Source of the DNA: Chiloscyllium plagiosum
Taxonomy: Eukaryota
Length of the DNA: 64,000 bases
Direction of reading: 5' to 3'
NCBI RefSeq assembly: GCF_004010195.1
Contig: NC_057719.1
Location: forward strand, 49,877,713-49,941,712
Made by a program: the position numbers and the translations under genes. Under the pieces are notes generated by a model. It was not told the origin of the DNA. It made no database searches and worked only from the letters and a program-made list of their open reading frames with translations. This document shows, piece after piece, positions 48,567 through 59,165 of this stretch (position 1 is its first letter; each line of letters opens with the position of its first letter).

Positions 48567-51500
48567 AAACCGTGTTGCGAACCTTTGAATTATCTACCAC
48601 AGTAGGCTGTGGAAACTCACACTTTAAGTATGTTTAAAATAGAAAGTAGTAGATTTCTGATGACCAATGGTGTGCAGGAATATGGAGTTTGGGTAGGTAA
48701 AAGTCATTGTAGCGCTTGACCAATAGTGATTGTATTGAATGGTGGGGTAGGCTCAATGGACTGAACAGCCCATTCCTGTTCCTATGTTCCCATGAGCTGG
48801 AAGCTCCAAAAGAACAAAACAGTAACTGCCAAGATTCGGACCACTCAAAACAATTTAAGGAATAAGATCAGTCAGCAATTAATCTGGAACAAGACGTAAC
48901 CACAGTGCATCAAGATAAGCAAATTCTGGAATAGCAAATGCAGTCTATAAAAGGAAAGCTTGACAACAGGAATAACTGATAATATCACTAGCTACTGTGA
49001 TATTATCATCAGCACCTCCAGTGACATCATCATAACACCAAGGCATATCAACAAATTATCTAGATATTATAGAGACAAATAGGTGCCTTTGTTATTGTAA
49101 ATCATTATATATTCATTTGCCTTTAAGAGAGTTGATCTTAAGGATTTCACGTGCTGCATGTATACAAAGTTGTGATTCTGCCTAGCTGTTGGTCTCTTTT
49201 GTGTCTGCACAGAAATCAGTTTGCTGCTGTAACACTGATTTATAACTATTTACTGTTTTAAATAAATGGACCCACAGAGTTAATCAATCCCCGTTGAGCT
49301 GTTGATTGTTAGACCATTATCACTAAAATGCTACCTGCCACTCCCAAAGAATTTTTGTCATTCAGACCGCTCGTGGCTGAAGCAGTCCTACAGTTAAATG
49401 CTGCAGTTGAATTCTACAGGATATTTGAGATATAACCTCTTCTGAGGCTCCCAACCACTCACCAGTCCATAACTCACAATGGCATAGAAATTAAGAAATT
49501 ATAGCAGCAGTAGGCCATGTGGCCCACACTGCCATTCACTGAGATCTCGACTGTGATTTACTTTACATCATTTTCCTTCATACCCCTGTATCCCTTGATA
49601 TTTTCAATGCATAAACATCTTGTCAATCTCCCTAGTTCCAACTCCCTCAGCCAGGGGAGACATCCATCCTGAGAATCTTATACCTCTGAATGTGATCACC
49701 TCTCTTCTTCTAAATTCCATCAACCCAGCGACATTGTGGGTCAAATGCTAGAGAAAGTGGCCAAACACAAAACGCTGCCCAATGTGAGAGGTGGTCAAGC
49801 GGTAATCTATGTAATATTTACGGTTCAGCAAGTAACAGAAAGCAGGACACCCAATATATATATAACAACCACAACATTCCTGCTGAAATATTCAAAAGCA
49901 ATTTGCAGCTGACTGATAGAGGACATGTAAGGCAAAGTTCATTCATTTATCCTTAGGATAAAATTTCAAGGTCCCCAAAAACAATGTGGTTAGTCACAAA
50001 TATCAAGCGGAAGAATTTATCGGAATGTTCCTATTGTTTCTATTAGCCTTGTCACTTTCCTGATGATCTAGCCACTCAGCGTAGCAACTGGAAGTAAATA
50101 CAAATCTAACTTGGATAGTTAGGTTAAACTCTATGACATCATTAGACCCTAGCTGAATGCAGTCACGTACCCTTCACTCTGTTTAATTACTTAACATAGG
50201 AACATGGAAAATAGGAGCAGGAGAAGTCCATTTGGCCCATCGAGTCTGCTCTGCTATTTAATAGGTACATGGCTGATCAAATGACTCAGTAACTTGTTCC
50301 AATTTTCTGCTATGAGGATCCTCAAAAAATCTTCAGCTATCTCTGCACCAGGGTCTACCTTACTAAGAGCAGACCACTCCCTCTCCATAGTTTTTGATCT
50401 GCCTTTCTTCTGGTCTAGAGACCACTAAATGTGATGGCAGCCTGGAGTAAGGTGATAGCCCTGGTGTATTTACTTTCCACTCCAAGTCAGCTGAAAATGG
50501 GCCAGACCAATTGGCTGTCCAAAAATTGCATGGAGGGTGGAACTGCAGCTTACTGTTTTAGTAATGCAGAGGCACTATTTAATTTTCCTGCTTGCCCAAT
50601 AATCTGGCACAGAAGACAGCCCAAACACAAAATCCGTTCAGCCCAGTTAATTCCTGGCAGAAAGAGCTGACAGTTATATTTGACCCCTACATTTGTCTAA
50701 CTGATGTTAACAATATTCAGCAGTTAATCCAGTCACAGCCATTTATTCTCTGTGACAAATCCCTTTAAGTATTGATTTTCTTCTGCAAGTTTTACTGGAT
50801 AAATTCATCAATCCAGGGTCCATACCTTCATTTTTCTAAATAATAGAAAGCAAAGTTTGACAAAAATGAACATAGCCAATAACACAACTATAAGATTAAA
50901 TTGACATGAATGATAATAATTTACTGCACTACAAAAAAGAATTTAGAATTCTTTTTACATAATATTTTCCATTTCAATTTTGACCTGGTTGAACCACGTA
51001 GAGTGCAATTGTGCTTGTTTTCCACAATGTGCTGTGAAAAGACGAATTGGAGAAGATGAATTTACCTTTATTACCATAAGGCCTCAGGCAGGTCTGCAGG
51101 CAGAATTGAACATTAGATATCATGAAACTAATGGGGGCCATCCAATATATTGAGAGGTTGAGTGTGGCAGGAGCTGAAAAATTGCCATATACTGATGATA
51201 CCTTCTCAGGTTGTTCTGCCAGTTTCCAGTTACTCCCAGTCCTACAGAAATGAAGTGACTGGAGGCACTGCTGGGGAAAAAGTGCTAAAAGAATACCGAG
51301 GCTTAGATTTATGGTAGCTTGCCAAATAATTGTAATCTATTTCCAATCTTAATAGATTGCGTGGCCCCAGGAAGATTCGTTGATGAAAGAACTAAATATA
51401 GTCCCGCAGCTAGCAATTACACTGACAGCTTGGCTCAGCTCATAGCACTCTTTTCAACAGACTTAATTACCTAATTTAGGAGCAGTCCATGGCTCTGGAG

Positions 51501-52421
51501 CCAGGATGAGAGCTTGTTGCACAGGTAAAGATTCAAGCCCCGAGATTCTTGGCTCTTCATGCTTGCATACATAGACTCTAGTATCACAACACAGGGAGAG
51601 GTCACTCAGCCAATTGTGCCTATGTGGGGACCTTTCAAAAAGCTACTCAGTTTGACTGATTTTGTTGCACACACTGCATTTATCTTTCTCATCACATGTA
51701 CAGCCAATCTTCTTTTGAGAATTGGTAATACATTCTCACCATTTCAGGCAGCACATTCCAAAGCATAATATCTCAAAGTGAAAAGCAAAATTCTCCTCTT
51801 TCCCATAGTTTTCAAATCTGTGCCTTCTGATTTTCGATCCAATTATACGTTTTTGGGAGAGGATAGTTACCAGGCTGGGATAGGGTATATCACACCGGTA
51901 AAGACATTTCAGTACTGAGCGTAGAATCTGCCAGTCAGAATCTCAATCACTTCTAATTATGGGAAATGCCTAGCAAGAGCCCATCCAGGAAGTTTGCTGT
52001 AAGTTCTGAGAAAGGGTCACTCAACCCGAAACGTTAACATTGATTTCTCTCCACTGATGCTGCCAGACTTGTGGAGTTTTTCCACTAATTTCTGTTCTTG
52101 TTTCTGATTTCCAGCATCCATGATTCTTTTAGTTTTTATTAACGAAGTTTGCTTCTCAGTCTTCTACTGTAAACAAATGGAGAACATTTGCCAAGATTAA
52201 GTGTCTTTTCAGTAAGAGCTTGGGGACTCCAGTAGTCCTCCAATGGAACTTGCATTCACTCTCAGTGGACAGAGTTCCAAAGGCCTTGCAAGAGCAAAAT
52301 GGGCACAATTTCTTTTGTAGTTCAAAAACTGTGGCAGGTCAAAGTGGGGAGGTGTTACGGATGGATGATACACTGAAGAACCCTTTATGGAATTTATAAG
52401 GATACTGTATATCACAGGATC

Positions 52422-53085
52422 TGTGAGAAACAAAATTCACATATTAATAAATTCTGAAGCAGCAAATTTTATTGATACATACTTGCAAGAACGGGTGCCT
52501 AACAAGTAAGCACCCCGATCTGAGGGTTACATTCTGAGTTATGCTGATAAGCTGCGTCTCTCAGTCCTCCCCTTTCACCCCATTGGTTACTTTTGCTGTA
52601 GCGAGTAGCCTATCACAAGCTCTGGCTTCACTCCACCTTTGTCTAGCTTCTCTCCGTCTCTGTTTACTTCTCCCATTACTCTAAGCCTGTCGCCCCTTAC
52701 TCTTATTTATCTCATTCCTTATATCTGACTATCCTGGCATAGTTTGCTGTCTTCGTGCAATCATCCTGCCAAACTAAATTCCATCCGTTGGCCACATCCC
52801 TCCTGCGACTGGGACACTATTCTCCTGTTACTGGTACATCCCACTACACGATTGCTCTGCCCTATTAGTCATAGATAATTCTACCTGTTTTCGCTTCTTC
52901 TGTTTTCCTATACCTGGTACACCCCGCCTCCACGATTGCTCTGCCTTATTAGTCTTAGATAATTCTACCTGTTTTTGCTTCTCACTGTTTAATATTTGCA
53001 TGCGCAGCCTAATTTTATAATGTAAGTTTTTGCAGAAGCAGCACCTGTTCCCTTATTCTGCACAATTTTAACCCTATATCTTACA
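52422..53085 (-). mobile_element. Solo LTR (664 bp) with 5-bp TSD
   Basis: TGTGAG..CTTACA termini, GGATC at 52417-52421 and 53086-53090, minus-strand TATA-like (~52720) and AATAAA (~52470) motifs, and an internal 83-bp tandem repeat at 52831-52990. Confidence 0.8.
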
Positions 53086-54824
53086 GGATCAGAGACCCTC
53101 ACACCATAGACAAAGGGAATTTTGCCCATTATACACCTACTAACTATTGGAAAGGGCTATCCAATAAGACCTAATCTCATGCTTCTTCCCTACTGGCATG
53201 GACAATTTTTTCTTTTCAAGTACATAAATCCCAGCAAAACTGGTGACAGCCCTAAATTTCAGGTTGTGACCTGTACCATTGTTGTGGAGCTCAGGCCTGC
53301 AGTCAGTTTATGTCACCAGAAGGAGAACTCATGTTTCTTTTGACTCCACAAAATATATTAAACACTTTGAAGTTTTCAACCTTTTGTTTTGAAAGCTCTT
53401 CATTGATGTCTTTAAGATCATTTGTACACAATAAGCTGCTTCTTTCAAAAACAACTTTTAGCATTTGGTTTCAAAATTAGTACATACTGACAAAACAAAT
53501 CCTGAATCATTTAACAAAGACTTGAACACTTACATGCATTGGATATGAGTCTGTAGTATGCCCACCAGATCAGCTACAATAGTATTCGACTCTGTTATAT
53601 CTTCCACCCTACAATGCAGATCAGCAGCTAAGAAAAAACAATACTGATTTCTTAAAGTAAATTGTTTCATTGTAGTAGCATATAGAGAGCAATTACTTTT
53701 GACTTCGTTTGGAAGGTTTAACTCTACTATTTAGTTTTGAGGCTACTCCTTTCATTGAAAGTTTTATTCAAAATAAGATTCAGGTAAATTCAAGAAGACC
53801 TAAAACTACCACATGGGAAACCCAATTAGGATTTTCCTTTATATGACATAAATGGAGGTGAAAGAAAACTGAGAGGAACAGCAAAGAAGACTGGAGACCG
53901 GGCTGATTCCTGTAGATTTCAAGCCATCTGGGAAACTTTCTCAAGAAATAAGCCAGCTTTTACTGTGTTTGAGTAAATCACTGCTATATTATACTCACAT
54001 AGTAACAACTGGAGCATTCTATGGGATCTCCAGCATCTGCAGTCCTCACTTTCCCCTCATTTTATGGGAAAACCAATGGTGTCTTCCAGTTCAGTCCAAT
54101 GTGTCTAATCAAAACTCCAGCACATACACTCAGGTTTGTGAATCCATTTTGAAGATAAATATTGATTTTCTGTCTGAAATGTCTCAACTATACTCTGATG
54201 GCAAATTGCAGTTGTGAAATTTACCTTGAAAGCATTTGCCTTGGTGAACAATACATCAGTGACCTGTTGGATGTATCTGTGCTCTGCACACTGACTGATA
54301 TAAAGATATCCCCTGAGAAAGCTTTGATGAGATCAACATCACAGCCTCTGGCAAGGCCAAATCTATTACTGGATTGACTACAGGTCATATTTCAACTAAT
54401 AGATGACTCAGTTACTATTTTGTTAATGCCACAGAGTCTGAAAAACAGATATTTCCAGGTAGTTGTGCCTGGGGCAGTGTACAAAATTGCAATGGCTTGG
54501 GGTGGATATCGACAGTTCAGCCTTTATTGCAAGGGAAGGTGCCTTCTATTTCTCTTTTCGTCCTCTTCTTCTACCTGCCCCATTTTAAACAATGCAGGAG
54601 ATAAAGTGACATTGGCATCTATACAAAATCAAGGAAGTGTTTCCCATTTATCAGCCATTTTACAAGGACAAGCTGTGAGTACCATTTCCCCCAGAAGAAC
54701 AAAGTGAATTCATCTTAGAGAAGTGACTCTTCATTTGCATAGGATTTGCATATTTAATGTGGTTCTCAGAATGTCTTAATTGGATGAGAGTCCAGAAAAA
54801 GAGGTAACCTGTCATTCCCTTTAC

Positions 54825-54983
54825 CTGTATGGACACTCAACACTGAGAAGCATCATTACAGCCGTTAGAAAATGTGGCTGTCTGTGTTCTTGGCCATTTC
54901 TCATTTAAATCAACAAAACACCAGGGAGTCCTTTCTCATTTCAAAAGCAGATGAATTGGTAATGAATATAATAAATCTAGCGA
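54825..54983 (-). pseudogene. Candidate decayed exon (159 nt)
   Basis: CCTCTTTTCTAG acceptor and CAG|GTAAAG donor. Stops occur in all three frames. Confidence 0.3.
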
Positions 54984-55569
54984 CTAGAAAAGAGGTGGTT
55001 AGTCACCATCTATTAGGTTAAAATGAAGATTCACTGATCTTGAGTTGCAAAACTAATGGACTTTTTTTAAGTCTTCATTAATCAAAATGAGAGTTGACAA
55101 GGCTTGAAATTTGAACACTTTGTTCTTGGTGAAGAAGTTTATGAAAATCCGGCATCTTCGCAGTTGTTTTGATTAACAATAGTTTTTTTATTTCCACATA
55201 TTTTGGAATTTAAATTCACGGTGAGTTTGAACTTCTTTCGTTTGGTTTATTAGTCCAGGCCTTTGCATCACTTGTCCAGCAACATAACCAAGAAACGTTT
55301 TGTGTACTGAATCACACTTAACACTCTGGCAGACTTCCTATCCTCCACTTCATAGCAGATGCATCATTATTTCTAAACATTAATCTGGTCTCCTCATTGG
55401 TAGTGGAAAATATCTAACTCCAAGTGAGGTTATGGTCATCAACTACCAGTCATAAAATTGAGAATCTAGAACAGTGTTCCATAGACTGAGACTGATGTTT
55501 GTCCTATTGTTCAACAGTTTTCCAAGTTAGTATCACGGTATTCAACAACAGGAGCCGGCTCTACTAATA

Positions 55570-55912
55570 AGGTGCACAATCCTTTATCCAAAATACTTGG
55601 GACCAGCTGGTTTTCAGAATTCAGAATTTTTCAAATTTCAGAATAAGTGACAGTTTGGTGAAATTTTTAAAAGTCTTACCGGAGGAGCAGACTCACTGAG
55701 TAAGATGGGCCTTGAGACAGAATTGAGGCCTGCCAGTGCTGGGCCATTCCCCTGCACATCGTGCCTGAATGACACGCATTGAGTGGGTGGCGACTTGGGT
55801 TAACCGTTTGCACGCCAAGCAACCTTGTTAATGAGAAAATTCTTCATAAAAAAACCTTCGGACTTTGGAGCTTTTCGGATTTCGGGATTTTGGATAAAGG
55901 ATTGTCTTCCTG
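55570..55912. mobile_element. Non-autonomous DNA transposon (MITE), Tc1/mariner-Tigger-like
   Basis: Perfect 19-bp inverted repeat ACAATCCTTTATCCAAAAT (55576-55594) and ATTTTGGATAAAGGATTGT (55887-55905). Right end CCTG|TA; subterminal TT(C/T)GGA/TTCAGA repeats. Confidence 0.75.
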
Positions 55913-56554
55913 TACAAGCAGCTTTGATGTCAAATTTTAGAAATTATATCAGGTCCTGCTGAGAGAGGTAGCAAAGAGCCACAAGAGAAGTATCTACTCA
56001 CAGTTATGGTCACAACCAAAAGTGCAAGGCTTGAACAATGTGGCTGTAGTGAGAAAGTTGGGAGAATTGCATGAGAAGTGGAGCAAGGCCTTGCTGAACA
56101 CTGGGAGCAATGTGCATAATACGCAGGCCCTTATTCCACCACCCGCCAGATAGAAACAGGATGCTAATAATCCCCAACATGTCAGTCAGAACAGGTAGCC
56201 TATGACTTCAGCTTCACGTTTGCACCTCTAGATTTCCATCTAGGATACCCGGTACCACGGGAGCAGTCACACACCCCTCACATTCCAAGGACACCGGCAT
56301 CCAACACATGCTTCACAGCATTATGGCACAACTGGGATCTACTTACAGTTTGCTTCTATATCACTGTGCTGTATTTCTCATTGGCACGCTACTGCAAGGA
56401 CACTGTACACATAGCACAGCAAAGGCAGTCAGCTAAGGGCTGCACACTTGCTGTTGTAGCACTCACTCACTTAGCACCTACCTGGATGCTCACAGCATCT
56501 CCAACTTGCCTTGCCTGCCTTTTCCGTGCTTTGCCCCCTCTGCCAGAGTTTAAA

Positions 56555-57430
56555 TGTTCACAGAAATTGCTGGGAAAACTCAGCAGGTCTGGCAGCATTT
56601 GTGGAGAGGAAGCAGACTTACCATTTTGGGTCCAGTGACCCTCCTTGAGAACTGATTGTAGCTTGGAAAAGGTTGGTATGTATGTTGAATGTGGGGTGGG
56701 AGGAGGTGAGGAGAAGTTAATGATAGGTGGAAATGGAGTCCAGAAAAAGAGAAAGGCAATTGGGCTGACAAAAGAATGGGTAAAGGTCAGCCTGGGAGAA
56801 TGAATGGGGACAATTACTGGCTGACAATGAGTTGTTAGTGATAGCAGCCCATGGGATAACAAGGCCTGGTGTGTGGAGGTTGGGTAAGGACTTGGAAGAA
56901 CAGGACCTAAAATTATTGAATTCAATATTCTGAAGGATGCAGAGTCCCCAAGGGGAAAACAAAATGCTGGTCTTTCAGTTTGCGCTGAGCTTCACTGGAG
57001 CACGGCAGTAAACCAAGACAGAGATGTTGACTAGGCAACACAATGATATGTTAAAGTAGCAAGCAACAAGAAGCTCAGAGCCATTTGGAATGTAAGTTTT
57101 CTGCAAAGCGGTTGCCCAGTCTACATTTCATCTCCCCGGTGCAAAGGAGATTGGTTGTGAGCAGCAAATACAATGGGTTACATTGAGTGATATGCTTCAC
57201 ATGGGAGGTGTGTCTGGACCCTTGGATAGTGAAGAGGGAGGAAGTAAACAGTGTGGTTCTGTGATTGCATGAGAAGGTGCCATGGGGTGTGGGGAGGTGT
57301 TGGGAACGGAGGAGGAGTGAAGCAAGATGTCCCAGAGGGAGCAATCCTTGTGGAATTCTGAAAGGGAAGGGAGGGGAATATATGGTCTGGGGTGGTATCC
57401 TGTAAGAGATGGCAGAAATGTGGTTAGTGA
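56555..57430 (-). mobile_element. Penelope-like element family B 3' part
   Basis: ORF 57075-57449 ..LLCTGEMKCRLGNRFAENL (GIY-YIG remnant) and pLTR at 56555-56655. Confidence 0.8.
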
Positions 57431-58677
57431 TAAAGGAGAAGTTGCTCAAAGAGACCTTCCTTGTGCAGCATGGTGGCTAGAGAGAGAACAGGGTGAACAT
57501 GGCAAAGAAGCAGGCACATTAACAGCAGATACTTCTTGTGGTCTGTCATAGCCCATTGATATCACAGACCACATCTGTGCATGTGCAGGGCAAGTTTGAT
57601 GTTATGGATAATCAATTCAGAATAAGAAATACTGGTTCATGTGACCTAGTGACCCTTGACCTGGAAATAGTACCAAAAGGAACGCAGTTAAAATACGAAG
57701 ATCATGTGGCAGAAAAAGAAAGAAACAAGAGAGATGGCAGTCAATGAGTTGAGCCGGAGAGTGAGATTCCTGAAAAGTTGAAAACCACATAAAGGACTGC
57801 GACTGAAATTTTACTTCCAAGTGACCAGATGTCCAGAATTGACAATCCATGCTAAATTAACAGTGATCCTGGTAGATGCACACTACCATGACTAATCAAA
57901 GCTGCATGTTGAGATTGTTCGGGAAAGAAGTACCCTGTTGTGTAGAAAATTGCATGGACCAGGCCCTACTTATGTTTAATTGCTACCTGCAGGGAATCGG
58001 CAAAGTCCTTGAAGGAAAAGGGGAAGGGACTGCCATGCTGTCTGAGGGGAATCTGAGCTTAAAGAACTATTTGGCTAAATTGTTGAGACCATCAATGGAA
58101 AGGATGGCTTATAAGATCCATGAGTTCCATCTTTATTTTAGTTTCAAATGTATCTCAGTACTGACTGTGATTTGCTGTTGTGTAGAAGATTGTACAGTTG
58201 GAACTCTTTTTTTACCAGAAGCTACTACTTCAGGAGAACCAGTTAAGTCCTTGAAGGAACAGAACAGGAATTCTGACCAAGGAAGATCCAAGTTTGGAAG
58301 GAATATTTAGCTGAAATAGGTACAGTAAGTAGCTTTGTACTGTGTTTGCCTCTTCTGCAAAACAAATCATTAGCTCGTTAATTTTTGTTTCTCCTGACTC
58401 TGATCTATATTAAAGTAAGAATCACAAAAAGTGAAACCTTGTTTGCCAACCTTTTCATTTGGAAGTTGCTCAGTAGATATAGTTTGTCTGGTCTACAGAC
58501 TAACCTAAAATAAATAGATCCTAGTTATTGCTGGGTTAATGTAATATGTTGAAATCTGAGATATTAATTCTTTCAGCTGGTCATTTCCACAAAATAATAA
58601 CTAATTACAAATAACAATAGAACAAATTTGCTGGCTGTTATGTGCTCAGCTGCTAGGAGAAAGCGAGGACTGCATAT

Positions 58678-58998
58678 GATTAGATTACTTACATTAGATT
58701 AGATTACTTACAGTGTGGAAACAGGCCCTTCGGCCCAACAAGTCCACACCGACCCGCCGAAGCGTAACCCACCCATGCCCCTACATTTACCCCTTTACCT
58801 AACACTACAGGCAATTTAGCATGGCCAATTCACCTGACCTGCACATCTTTGGACTGTGGGAGGAAACCCGGAGGAAACCCACGCAGACACGGGGAGAATG
58901 TGCAAACTCCACACAGTCAGTCGCCTGAGGCGGGAATTGAACCCAGGTCTCTGGCGCTGTGGGGCAGCAGTGCTAACCACTGTGCCACCGTGCCGCCC
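58678..58998 (-). mobile_element. HE1-type V-SINE, young, inserted in a PLE terminal repeat
   Basis: Near-perfect head, A/B boxes, V-domain and (TAATC) tail. Confidence 0.95.
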
Positions 58999-59001
58999 AT
59001 A

Positions 59002-59061
59002 AATCTAATCTAATCTAATCTAATCTAATCTAATCTAATCTAATCTAATCTAATCTAATCT
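59002..59061 (+). repeat. (AATCT)12 microsatellite
   Basis: Perfect pentamer run abutting the SINE head. Confidence 0.97.
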
Positions 59062-59137
59062 GCTGGAGATCAGAATCAAAAAGTATGGTGCTGGAAAAGC
59101 ACAACAGGTCAGGCAGCATCCGAAGAGCAGGAGAGTC

Positions 59138-59165
59138 GACGTTTCAGGCATAAGCTCTTCATCAG
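59138..59165 (-). ncRNA. Minimal hammerhead ribozyme motif (PLE family A)
   Basis: Minus strand CUGAUGA-AGAGC-UUAU-GCCU-GAAA-CGUC, with one helix II mismatch. Confidence 0.6.

Noticed and set aside
49150..50820. Possible conserved enhancer (TGATTTAT, TAATCAAT and TGACA motifs in non-repetitive DNA)
   Set aside because: Such short motifs are expected by chance in AT-rich DNA, and conservation cannot be assessed from one sequence.
24290..58550. Additional old solo LTR candidates (about 24290-24875, 27005-27900, 31180-31640 and 57630-58550)
   Set aside because: The composition is suggestive, but termini and TSDs could not be pinned down.
59002..59061. (AATCT)n as a telomeric repeat
   Set aside because: The vertebrate telomere repeat is TTAGGG; this motif matches the HE1 tail.
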